This document shows positions 1 through 11,353 of a stretch of DNA of 64,000 nucleotides, in pieces. The notes beneath the pieces were generated by a model. It saw only the letters and a program-made list of their open reading frames with translations. It was not told where the DNA came from and ran no database searches. Where the stretch lies: assembly GCA_013265495.1 (NCBI GenBank), contig MU058636.1, positions 1,116,001 to 1,180,000 of the forward strand. The letters are read 5' to 3'. The translations under genes were made by a program, and so were the position numbers. How positions within the stretch are numbered: position 1 is the stretch's first letter; each line of letters begins with the position of its first letter. Source of the stretch: Vicugna vicugna. Taxonomy: Eukaryota.

Positions 1-147
1 GAGTTTAATTATGACGTGCTGCCCTAGACCTGGGGCTGTTAAATAAAGCGTGACAGCTGCCTTAGACTGACTTCCTGAAGTCTGCACATTTCTGAAATCT
101 GAAACACATCTGCCCTCGCAGGTTTTGAACAAGGGATTATGGATCCT
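1..147. mobile_element. Terminal remnant of an ancient TcMar-Tigger-type DNA transposon (MamRep434-like)
   Basis: ctgaaacacatctgccctcgcaggttttgaacaagggattatggatc resembles the recalled terminus ...ctgaaacacatctggccccaagggtttcagataagggattgtggacctg. Family assignment is from memory. Confidence 0.4.
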
Positions 148-386
148 CTCAACACACCCAAGGGGCAGAGAAAAATAGTTCCAAAAATGACAAGTGAAGG
201 AGGAGGCTGACTGCTTCGGGCATGCTGTTTTATCTGTGCGTGTCCCTCTTTGGGAGATGCAGTAACCTAGCAATAATTAGATACACTTCTGTGCTTGTTT
301 TCTGGATGAAAAGGCTGCAAATGCATGTTATTTTCCTGTGGCACCGAGTTCTGAGCAAAAGTGAATTGAGTGATAAAAGAAATGGA

Positions 387-436
387 GTTTGCTCCAACTG
401 GCCCTGGAGTTCTGAGCGCGGCCAGTTGGAGCAAAC
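387..436. repeat. Perfect 17-bp inverted repeat with a 16-nt loop
   Basis: gtttgctccaactggcc (387-403) is the exact reverse complement of ggccagttggagcaaac (420-436). Confidence 0.95.
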
Positions 437-457
437 GGTGGTCCTGCCAGCCTCACC

Positions 458-655
458 GTGTGTGTGTGTGTCTGTGTGTGGTCTGTGTGGTGTGTGTGAG
501 GGGAGCTGTGTGCACATGCTGATGGGTGTGTAGTATGTCTGTGTGGCGTGGGAGGTGTATGTGAATATGGTTGGGTGTGTGTGTGGTGTGTGTACATGTG
601 TGGAGTGTGTGTGTGATGAGGTGTGTATATGGTGGTGGTGGGGTGTGTGTGTGTC
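458..655. repeat. Degenerate (TG)n/GT-rich low-complexity tract
   Basis: Directly visible interrupted TG repeats; these explain the H/T-rich and C/V-rich spurious ORFs here. Confidence 0.9.
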
Positions 656-1879
656 TATGCTACTGTCTACCCTCAGCCTCCAAGCACGGTCCGCATCCGA
701 AGTGAAGTGAGAAAGTTGCCCAGTGAACGCGTCGCACACAGGGAACTCTGCTGAAGACCAGCTCTCTCACTGTCCACATCAGCTTCAAACAACAAGACCA
801 AAGCGTTTCTCTAGTCTCCGAAACTTGGCCAAAGCCTCAGAGCTGAGAAATGAATGACAGGAACTCCTTCTTCTGAAGGAAGGTTCTAGACTCACCTACG
901 CAGTTAAAATACAGCGAGGCAACCCAATAACCACTACCTCAGGCTCGCTGAGGAGGCTGCAGTGTTTCTGAGAGGCCCTGGGGGACCCCAGGAGAAGGTT
1001 TCCTGGAGACCGGGGCTGCCTGGAAGCAGCTCGCTCCCTGCCAAGTGCCTGCTGAGCCAGGGGAACAACTCTGAGGCCTGGCCCTAGCTGCTTCCAGAGC
1101 AGGGGCTCTTGAGAGGCGTGTCCCTGGGGGTTTGGGACACACGCACGGAGTGGGACCATACCTGTGTTTCCTCTAGACATTTCTGGGAGGGGATGTCAGT
1201 GAGGAGTGAGGAGAGACAGCCCCCATGGGAGCCGGCTGCCCTTAGACACTGTGCAGGACCAGGAGGCAGGAGGGTCCCCGTCCCTGGAGGGGAGTCAGGC
1301 CCACGTCACCCTGGAGGACTCTGCCCAAGAGGGCTGCCTGCTGGCACAAGGGGTTTTAGCCAGAAGAGTCTACAGGTGTAACATCACAGGTGCAGGAGCT
1401 GAAGGCGTGGACGCAACAGAGTGGCCCAGGAGGGCAGCCCACAAGAGAGAAAGCAAGAATTTGAAAGTCTTCCGAAACAGAAGGCATCTGACAGACAAGG
1501 GGGAACAAACAGCACCAGCTACACGTAAAAGCCCCTTTTCCTCTCCTCCTTGTCCCCCTCCTCATCCCGTCTCAGACACGGAGGAGGCAGAAGCTGTGGG
1601 GAGGGGCTGGAAGTGGAGCAAGAAAAGTGAAAAGTCAAATCGCGCTCCCCTTGTTTTCCTAACGCCTGGTCCCCAGCTGTGGGCTGGGGCTGAAATGCAG
1701 GGAGAGGGTGCTGACGGTGGAGTGGAAGGCTGCCCGTCGAGTGCCTTTCCTGGTTCAGGCACAGTGTGCTTCCTAGGTGTGGACTCACGTCTTTCATCAG
1801 TCCTGGAGAATGATCTCTATATACCGTCTCTGTTCTCTCCTCTGGCATTCTGACTGGATGTAACTTAGACTGCCTCACT

Positions 1880-2420
1880 CAGCATTCCACATCTGTTACC
1901 ATCTCTTTAATGTTTTCCGCTCACATCCTTAATGTGAGTAATTTCTTTGGTTATAACTCCTAGTTCACAATTTTTCCTTCAACTGTGTCTAATTTGCTGT
2001 TTGACCCATTTGCTGAGTTTCTATTTCAACAATTATAGCTTTTCCTCATTTCCAGAATTTTGATTTTTAAGCATCCATCTGATTATTCCTAATCATTTCT
2101 TGATGATTCATAATCTTTGTGGTTGACTTTTTTATTTGTTTTGTCACTAATACATAGCTTGTCTATATTCTGTGTCTGACGGTTCCAGTGTCTACAGTCC
2201 TCGGCCATCTCACTGCAGTCATGCTCTGTCACAGTGCCCTGCTCTGCTCCCTTGTGTTTAGTTATCTTGGCTGTGATTGTGAGCTTACTTCACATCTTAC
2301 TCTGTCTGGGTAGCTGACGCTGGGGTTTGGGAAGGCTCTCCTGCAGAGAGGATTTGCTTTGTCTTTGCCAGAAGCCAGGGAATATCACCAACTGAGGACT
2401 ATTTCTCCCCCTCTGGGGCA
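1880..2420 (-). mobile_element. Old L1 (L1M/HAL1-like) ORF1-region remnant
   Basis: T-rich tract with ctagttcacaatttttccttcaactgtgtctaatttgctgtttgacccatttgctgagtttctatttca, typical of antisense old L1 ORF1. Confidence 0.55.
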
Positions 2421-2814
2421 TCTAGGCTCAGTTTTGGAGTCCCTGATTCTTCCTTCCTGACTTTTGTCTTGCTCTGTTTCCCCACAGCACGGCGGCTACC
2501 AGTGATTCCTGACAGACGCCCCCGGCCACCTGCCACCTGATGTGACACCCGGCCTGGCTAGTCGTGCTCTGGCCCCGACCTATGTGAGAGCTTCGGAGAT
2601 CTCGCGACCTCTTGTGAGACCAGCAACACGTCACCTGCTGCGTCTCTCCCAGGCTTTCGTGGTCGGCAGGGGGCGGGCCCCTTGGAGCCCTTAGGCTGCC
2701 ACCCCAGGTAACCTTTTGAGTTCACGGTTACAGTCACAGAGAAGCATGTAAACCACGTGCAGACAACTTAGCAAAAATTCCTAACAACAAAATGACATTC
2801 CTGCCTTTGCTGTT

Positions 2815-2960
2815 GGTTGCTTCTACTACCTCCTGTGACCTTGAGCAGGTTACTTAATTTTCTCAAGCCAAAGCTTCCTCATCTGTAAATGGGACTGTTA
2901 ATGCCCACTTCGTGGTATGGTTAAATGAGATAAAGTAACATACCTGCCATGACGCCCGGT
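2815..2960 (+). mobile_element. MIR SINE fragment
   Basis: MIR core: tgtgaccttgagcaggttacttaa...cttcctcatctgtaaatggga...ttaaatgagataa. Confidence 0.7.
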
Positions 2961-5900
2961 ATGTATTTCCTAACAGATGAGCCCATTTGGGGAATAAATT
3001 TGCTACTGCAGCAAAGATATAAATTTCTAAGGGCTTTAAAAACTCCAAATTAAAATCAATCTTGTATAACAGATTTATGCAGCATCCCATTGTATTTCCT
3101 ATGAAAAGTATTCACACTGCCCAGTGGAAAAGTAACTACTGGGCGTGGAAGCATGACTTGCTCAAAAACCATGTGAAGTGTAGTCTGAGAGCAGGCGGGG
3201 CTGGGGCGACGCAGGATATGATCTGAAGGTGGGCTGGGGCGTGAGCACCACCAAGGAGGCTCCGAGAGCACTAGCCCTGCCGCACGATCTGCAGCCTCTG
3301 GCACGTGTGCTGTGCTGTTCCCCCACCGGCCAGCCAGGTCCCCCAGCTCAGTGCTGCCCCAGGCATGGGGGCTGGTGGGGCTGGGTCAGCCAGGACCAAA
3401 AGCAGAGCCAGGGAGTCAGGGAGGCTCCTGCAATAAGGGGGGTCCTGCGTCTGCCTGGGGGATCAGGTGGGCTTGAGGAACCAGGAATGCCAAAGGTCCG
3501 GGCGGCAACAGTCCGCAGCCTAGACAACCACAGGTCGGCAGTCCAGGGAAGAGATCCTGCAGCATCAGTTTTCAGGCCGATGTTCTCTGCACCGCGTGTG
3601 TATCTCGTGGTGGGGGCGGCCCTGGGAACTCGGCGGGCAGGGCTCCTGCTGGGCCAGAGCTATAGGAAGGCAGGTGCGTGCTTCCCGCCCCTCTGGGACC
3701 AGCCCCACAGGATCTACTGTGTTTCTGCTACGCTGGCCTCACAGCTCCGTGGGCAGCCTAGCACTTCCTGTGCCCAGGCAAATTGTGCTCCGCTGACACT
3801 GGGCAAAGCTGGTGCTTGGGAAAGTCTCTGATTGCCCCAGAGGAGTGCAAGGCCGTCAGTTCAATGCTGAGGTGTTTTATTCTGACCTGGAGCCCATTTA
3901 ATTAATTCCTCGGGGAAGCCAGGGGTCCCCTTGAGTGCTGGGGTTCCCGTAGCTGTGTGCTGAGCGGAAGAGCACGGGAGCACAGGGAAAGCCTGGGCTG
4001 GACTCACCGGCCCTGAGGAGGCCTGGGCTGTGGGGTGATCTGGGCGGACTTGGATCCGCTGTGATTCAACCCCACTGTGCGTTTCCCCACAACCGGGGCG
4101 TATCATAGAGCTACATGTGACTACGGGAGGTGACAGGACTTAGAGACGCTGGCATTGATGGCTTCTCTCTGCCACCCCAAGCATGTCCACACCAAGTATG
4201 GACAATCTTGGCTCCTGAATTAAAATCTGAATGTCGAGGACAAAAGTGGGGATAGAAGTGTAATACAGATTTTAAGCATCACTAGCAAATTCTTTCATCA
4301 GAAAGAAAATGTGTGCGTGTATTCGGAAATACCATCTTCTTCCGTCATGACAGGTGCGTGCGAGCCTCCAGCTCTCCCAACAGCGGGCCAGCTCTCTGGC
4401 CTTAACAAGCTCAGAGGCCAGAAAAGTAAAATCTCAGTAAGTAAAAATGCAAGAGTCAGTCGCTAAAAAGCTTTCCTGTAAGCAGCTGGATTTCAGCTGG
4501 TTTGGGGTTTAGTAATACAGTCCTGTTTTCTGTTTACCACTGGTTGCATAAAGCATGAAGGCTTCTTTCTCTCGTGAAGCCTCCAAACGAATTTTCCGAA
4601 GACAGTTCAAAAAGCCTTGTTCCAAAATGACCCCAGTGATCGCGTTGTAGAGAACACGACTCCTTTAGACACATATTGTGGCGTGTTCCGTCTGACTCAG
4701 GCAGGGAGTGTTAAGCACCTGAATGAGAGGGATGCGACGCAGAGGCTCCCTGACCTCTTCCAGTGCGCCAGCTGGTGGGGAGGTAAGTCAACCACGGTGC
4801 GTGCTGCGGAGCAACTGTGTCGGGAGGGCGGCTCTGTCCGAGTAGAGCTTGATAAGCCGATAGTCCTGTGCCCTCTCTGTGTTAGATGCCGCACATCCAC
4901 TCCGTCCCAGCGAAAGCGATGCCCCTGGTGGTCGTGGGTGGGCAGGTGAGTGGAGCACATGTGGGAAACCAGAGTTGAGAAGCTTGCGTGAGCTCAGGAC
5001 TGGAGGCAGGACAGGGATGTCACAGGGCAGCGAAGTGACCGCCACACTGCGGGGGGCTGTAGATCCCAATCACGGTCACGGTGTGAGTTCCCTGCCCTTC
5101 TCTGGTCTCTGCCTCTCACCTTTGTGCTGGCTTCTGGACCCGCTCAGGTTGCCAGGACCAAGTACACCCTTGGGCAGCCCCCAGAGACAGGTTTCACTCT
5201 GGGGGTACAAGAGCCAGGTAACAGCCTTCCCAGGACGTCAGCATCCTGCAGTGGCCTGGAGTCGGCAGGTGCCGCCAGCACCCAGCCGGAGCCTGGTGGC
5301 CTTGGCAGCTCTGGCCAGCACCCCTGACCCAGGCCCTGTCTCCAGTGTGACCGGGCCACGCGGATGCTCGGCTAACCAGCGTCGCTCCACCTCCCGGCTC
5401 TGACTTACTGCCGTCTTCTCTGTGTTCTGTCCCTGCGCCCCACTCTCAGTCCCTCCGCATCTTTGAGATGGGTCTCAGGAGGTTCTAACTCTCTGAGGTC
5501 CTCTGTTCAGCTGGGTTAGTCCCACCCTGTGTGGAGGGCGGGCTGTGAACAGAGCTTTGGGGCATCAGGCGGGTCCCTGGGCAACTGCCCGCCTCTCTGA
5601 CTCCGAGGCCCTGGGGTGCAACCACCTGCAGGGCCTTTACATGAACTGGAAAACGACTCCCCCCAGGGAAGGCGGTTATAAAAGGCCTGTCTCTAGGCGG
5701 ATGAACTGGAAAAGGAGCCCTTTCCCGGGGTCCTGCGCCCACAGCCAGCACATGCCTTTTCCAGCAGAGCGTGGGATTTCAGTCCCCATACCCTCTGGGC
5801 CAGGCACAACCTGCAGGTCCCTGCAGCGGCCCTGCAGGCGTGTGTCCCTGGTCCCACCAGCTGGCTCCGGAGGCTCCCGAGAGCTGGCACCTGGGGCTCC

Positions 5901-6631
5901 CCTGCCTTGGCTGAGGGCTCAGTGACCAGAGGAACTGCCTGGCCTCCCAGGCATCCTCCTCCAGGGCAGGGAGTATCTGGAGCCCGGCAGTGCCAGACGC
6001 AGCGTGGCTCACCGACTCGGTACTCGGTGCCGCGGGGGGAACGTATTCACCCTTGATGGAGACAGGGATTCCTCCTCTTCCTTTGGGCCTCTGGCTTCCA
6101 GAGCTCTGCGCTCCCTTGCCCTGGGGGGAGTTGACACCTGTTCTTCCGTTTCAGGCCAGGTGGGGGTAGGTAAGACCCCAGATCACCCCCAAGCCCCAAG
6201 CGGCACAGCTCTTCATCTGAAATATGTAAGTTGATAACGATAACATAGCCAAGAGGGGGAGGAGGTGAGGGCAGGGGGAGGAACAGGCGAGGGTGTTTAG
6301 GGAAGGAGACGGGTGTGTGTGGTCTATCGCTCACAGCCGTGACCGGGTGCAGGACTGGAGCGGGGGAGGCTGCAGAGATGCCTGGGGGCACCGACCTGGC
6401 ACCTTCGTCCTGGGAGCCATAGTGAAGCCCTCTCCGCATGACCAAGCTGGGCTGGGGGGAGCTGAGCCCACTATTGGAAAATGCCTCCCAACCCTGCACT
6501 CCCTGCCCCTCCAAATGGTCCACGAATGGCAAGGCAAAGAGCACAGGCCACAGCGAGCCACTGGCCGGCAGCTCTGCGACAAGGCGACACTGTGCTCAGA
6601 CGTGTGGGCAGGTTGTTTGGGCTTAAAATAA

Positions 6632-6650
6632 ATGTCTCCAGGTGGCAGCG
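6632..6650 (+). promoter_or_regulatory. Candidate CTCF motif, forward, moderate
   Basis: atgtctccaggtggcagcg matches the CTCF core CCASYAGRKGGCRS except at its 5' positions. Motif only. Confidence 0.3.
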
Positions 6651-7229
6651 CTCCCTTGTTATGGTTTTGACTTTTAGACAAGGACAGATGGCTAGTATTT
6701 GGGGTCACGCAGAACCAAATTCATTTTAGAATCAGGCAATCCAGTTCATTTGGAGTCTTCTCTAGGTGGAAATCAATCAGAGGCAGGGAGCAAATTCTTG
6801 ACTGCCCCCCCTTCATTATTCCTGCGTGAGCCCTGGAGGGACCCCAGGTATGGGGAGGGGGCGAGAGCCACCATGATCAAAGTCATCGCTTGTTTCCAAT
6901 GGTGAGCGGTCATTTGGAGCTAAGTCTTGTTCGAATTTTGAAAAAAAGAAATGGACCATCTGCTGCTCCTTGGGAGTCGGGGACAATTCATGTTGGTTAC
7001 ACTCGCTTCTCCACCAGCAGCCAGAGTCCACACAGCATCATTGGGTGTTGCCTGGACCACTTCCGACTCCCTGCCAGCCTGGCACTCACATGGTCACACT
7101 GTCCCCTCACACTGTCGCCAGAGAGAAGTTTCCAAGCTCAGATGTGAGCAGCTCACCAGCCCCGACCCTCCGCTGCTTTGAGCAGAAGGACCCGAAGCCA
7201 CACTGTGTTTACAGGGCTGGCATACCTGG

Positions 7230-7660
7230 CTTCATTTTGCTCCACAATCCATCTCACTCTCTGAGCTCCATCCATTACTGTCTTCCTTTCTCTTGCAAAC
7301 ACTGAAATCCTTGCCATCTTGAGCCTTTTGCACATGCCACCCTCCCCATGAATGCCCCTCCCTCCCCCTAATGCAATCGGTCCCCAGGCCTCTGTCCACA
7401 CCCCCCACCCCCGGCAGCCTTTCCAGACCCTCCTGACCTCTCAGATTCCATTATTTATTCTGCACTCCCATGTGAGGTGTACCCCTGCTTGGTGCAAGCG
7501 CCACAGTCATATGTTTCCACTTGTGATCTGATCTCATGATTGTCCTTCCCCAGAGACTCTAAACACCACGTGGTCAGGGACCGCCACCTCCAGGAGGCTG
7601 GGACCTCAACCTTTCTGCTTAGGGCTGTATCTTCAATGGCTCATGCTTCACAGTCAAATG
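7230..7660 (+). mobile_element. L2 LINE 3' remnant
   Basis: Pyrimidine-rich L2-like tract (ccttgccatcttgagccttttgcacatgc; agcctttccagaccc) ending in aaatgaatgagtga. Confidence 0.45.
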
Positions 7661-8639
7661 AATGAGTGACGAGCACAGGACCATCAACATTTGTCAACGG
7701 ATGGCCCTCAGGCACTGCCAAGACATTTAGGATCTAGACAGGCTGGAAACAAAAGCCTATGAGATTCCCTAAGGACCTGTCAGGCTGTAAGGTTTTATGA
7801 CAGTGAGGGAGGATCTCTAGGCAACTGACGGATGGAAAGGAACACGGAGGAAAATGTTTCTTCAGAAGGGAAGAAACACAGAGCATGTGTCTAAAAGGTA
7901 CTCTTTTCTTCCCAAGCTGTTTGCAGGGATTTCTGCCTTATCCACTGAGGTCGAGCACCGTCTTTTTTATCTTTATGTCCCCAGTGTTCAGCATCTCGCG
8001 TGTGACAAATAGTAAGTACTCCGTAAACACTAGCTGCGGGGAGAGAGTAATGTGTCACCTAGAAAGAGGTGAGCACAGAGGCGCTGTTCTCTATCCTCTA
8101 ATCTGATTTTATGTTCATTATGGATTGTGGCCATTGAATCCTTTTTATTGAGATTTCATTAGCTGTTCAGCAAGCCATGTGCTTGCATTAACCTCCCGGG
8201 CTCTTCCGTGTAATTGAATGTAATGGCTTGAAAGGGGTGGTGATAACGAGGTAAGGGAGAGAGCAGGCGCCCTCAGCGGGACCGTCCGCAGCCCCCGCAC
8301 GAAGCCTGCCGGCCGGCCCTTCCCGCTCCTTCCCAGCACGCCCCCCGGCTCGGGTCCCATCCCGCCCTCATTCACGCCCTCATTCACGACGCAGCATCCA
8401 CTTCAGGGGAGAAGCACGTATAAGCTTTGGAAGCTACCATGCCTGCTTCTGTGAAAATATATTTAGTTGTTTATCTCAACTCAGTTTGATCCATTTTGCT
8501 CAGAAATGTCACTACTTTCTGGATGGCTCTTTAAAAGAGTTTCAATGGAACTTATTTAACCTTTACCCAGAAACCCAGAGCAAGGGGTCTGAATCTACGA
8601 ACTCCTGGAATGGATACTCCGTGGGGCACAGGCTGTGGC

Positions 8640-9061
8640 CACGGGTGCTCTGTTTGATCACACCGTTGCCTCGGCCTGGAACAGCCTCTCTCTTCCCTCA
8701 CTGCCTGGAGAAGTTCAGTTCACCCTTGGGTTCTCGGCTTAGAATGTACTTCCTTCTGGAAGCCTTCTGGGACCTCCTTTTTTTTTTTTTTTTCCAGTGG
8801 AGGTACTGGGGATTGAACTCAGGACCTCTAGTGCTTGCTAAGCACGCACTCCACCACTGAGCTCTACCCCCACCCCCATTCTGGGACCTTCTGAGCCTGA
8901 GTGAGGCGCTGCTCTTCTGAGCGCAGCACCTGCAGGTCCCCTTGAACAGTTTCCAACACACCATATTTATCTGTTTCCATCTCCCATCAGACTGAAAGCT
9001 GAGTGAGGACAGGGGCTGTCTTAGCTGCTGCCGAGTTTCCAGCACCTGTAATAGGTATTTG
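8640..9061 (+). mobile_element. L2 3' remnant, interrupted by a SINE and followed by an L1 inserted in its tail
   Basis: ggaagccttctggg...tttatctgtttccatctcccatcagactgaaagctgagtgaggacaggggctgtct...tatttg; the L2 tail resumes as atatttgttga after the L1 at about 9500. Confidence 0.55.
8778..8878 (-). mobile_element. tRNA-Ala(AGC)-derived SINE, short form (camelid Vic-1-type head plus poly-A)
   Basis: The reverse complement reads GGGGGTAGAGCTCAGTGGTGGAGTGCGTGCTTAGCAAGCACTAGAGGTCCTGAGTTCAATCCCCAGTACCTCCA, then ctgg and A16. An 11-bp direct repeat ttctgggacct lies at 8765-8775 and 8879-8889 (TSD). Confidence 0.9.
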
Positions 9062-9497
9062 TGACATGGATGGGCCTAGAGATCATTATACTAAGTGAAG
9101 CCAGCCAGAAAGAGAAAGAAAAATAGCATATGATGTCACTTATATACGGAATCTGAAAAAAACCTTATTTACAAAAAACAGAAACAGACTCACAGATGTA
9201 GAAAAGAAACTTACAGTTACCAGGGGGGAAGGCGAGGGGAGGATAAGTTGGAAGTTCAGGATTTGCAGACACACACTACTATATGTGAAACAGACAGACA
9301 ACAAGCTTATACTGTGTAGCTCAGAGGACTATATTCAATATTTTGTAACCTATAATGAAAAAGAATATGAAAAGAAATATATATGTATATAAAATACTGA
9401 ATCACAATGCTGTACACCAGAAATTAACACATCACTGTAAACTGACTATACTTCAATTTAAACTCGGCAGCAGCTAAGACTTCAATTTAAAAAAAAA
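9062..9497 (+). mobile_element. 5'-truncated young L1 (ORF2 end plus 3' UTR plus poly-A)
   Basis: acatggatgggcctagagatcattatactaagtgaa (WMxLEIIILSE), L1 3' UTR ...tgtacaccagaaattaacac...actgactatacttcaat and an A-tail. Short flanking repeat tatttgt. Confidence 0.9.
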
Positions 9498-10939
9498 GAT
9501 ATTTGTTGACTGTTCCTGGAAATAAGGCTTCTTAAGATGCAGGGGGTGGATAAAGCTGGGCTGTTCCCTTGGGGTCAGAGGTTTGGGGCTGGCTTGGAGC
9601 TGGAGGCTAGTCTAGCATTCTCCCTACGTGTGTGCACACAATCAGCTAGGTAAAAAGCGACCTTTTGGTTTTATTATTTCATTAGAAACCTCCTTTATAA
9701 CAATTTTTTTATGTTGCCATATACATTTATGACAAGCTAGATGCTCATTGCCATTAATCATAATTAAAAATAACAAATAAAGTCGATGGTGAAATGTCAC
9801 ATCATTTGATTCCTGTAACCCTGTACTGAGATAGCATCTCTTATTAGCTGTAGCCCAGATTTTTCCAAGGAGAGTAACTTTCACGGTTGCCATTTTGCTT
9901 AAGTATCTTTCTGGAGATAATTTATGTCAGAGTTTGTGTGATTTAAATACACTGCCCGTCCACGCTCAGCGCTGGAGCGAAGCCTCTTAGCTGATTCCAT
10001 CGTCTTCGGGGCTCATCTCAGCCTCTGACACGGTGCAATTTAAATAACGTGCCTAGAGGTTGGATGAGACTATTTTCATAATTTTAAAGGGGAAGGGATG
10101 TCTGTTCTTCACATAATCTAACTGGGTGCTCACCTTTCAAGAGGATGTCGTGTCTCAGGTTAATTCTGCAAACGGCACTGGCGTGTGGACCGCGGGCAGC
10201 AGCACAGGACCGCGCTCGGGAGAAGGCGGTGCCCAGGGCCCCGACCCCCTGCCAGCAGCCTGCTGGTTTCCAGGACACCGGATACACAGTGCGTATAACA
10301 ATGTCCTCACCCTTTTAAGGTCAGGGGATGGTGACAGTATGCTCGGGGTTTCTTTCCCATAAAGTCTATATTTTGTGTCCTCTGCAAAGACCTTTGGCCA
10401 TCAGGGGCACAAGCCAGCACTGGGCTCCGCCCTGGAGAGGGGCTGCATGCTGCTGGGTCAGGGGCCTGTCCCGTCCCCAGCACTGCTTCTCTCCATCCCA
10501 TCCACTTCCCCTCTGAGGAGGGGTGGGTGGTTTTCACTGTAACAGGTGGAGCTTCCAGGGAAGACCAATTGAAAACTCTCAGTCTAGGGACTGTCATTTT
10601 GGCCCCACTGGCCTTCGGAAAATCTGACCTGTGAAAACCCAAGGAAGGATGGAAATTGCCCCACCAGGAACAAGCTTTTGCGTCTCTGGAAGCTCCACTT
10701 AAATGTCCGGGGCGCTGCTGGGACGGGGCTGCAGGGAAGTAAGCTCGCCCTCACGGGAGGGCAGGCACGGAGCCCAGGCCTCTGGGCAGGCACTGGCCAG
10801 GCACTGGGTTGCCAAGATCTGGAAACCCCGCCCCTGCCCTCCAGAGCATGACACGCACAGAAATGCCATCTCAGAGATCCCTTCCTGATGACAGTCCCCC
10901 GTGAGGCCCTCCTAGTGTTAAGAGGTCCGGGGCAAGGTA

Positions 10940-11290
10940 ACTGCTCTTGGTGTGGATTTTCCTGCACCATCACTGGCATCTTTTAATTCATCCTCACATG
11001 TATAGAGCTCTCCTCTTTCCTCAAGGAATTCATGGCCCTGGGTGCCTTCTGTCTCCCTCCCCTGCCCTAGCTAACTCCTCCTTACCCTTCGAGACCTTCG
11101 AGATGTACATAAACACCACTCTTTGGGGTCAGTTCCCTAGAGCCCGCCAGGGCTGATCTGAGCCGCTCCCCCAAGTGTGCCCCTCCCTGTGCACCTGTCC
11201 ACCTGTGTCCCTCCATCCTCCTTCTCCTGGGAATGCCAGGGCTGTAAGCCAGCACCTGCCACGGTGCGGGCCCTCCGCAACTGAATACAT
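10940..11290 (+). mobile_element. L2 3' remnant
   Basis: Pyrimidine-rich tract ending gcacctgccacggtgcgggccctccgcaactgaata, similar to the L2 terminus. Confidence 0.4.
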
Positions 11291-11353
11291 GGCATCGCGA
11301 GTCTAACCTCCTTTGGAACAAACGAGAAAACACAACAGGAGGGTGGGTGGCTT

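Noticed and set aside
387..436. Pre-miRNA or rho-independent terminator
   Set aside because: The stem is only 17 bp and does not extend into the flanks. There is no U-tract, and the DNA is eukaryotic.
4764..4788. 19-nt micro-exon (cttccag/...gag/gtaagt)
   Set aside because: An AG/GTAAGT match is expected about once per strand by chance in 64 kb. The length is not a multiple of three and no partner exons are evident.
8797..8871. Functional tRNA-Ala(AGC) gene (likewise at 28261 and 32911)
   Set aside because: The stems are disrupted, the copies end in poly-A or A-rich tails, and two have TSDs. These are SINE heads.
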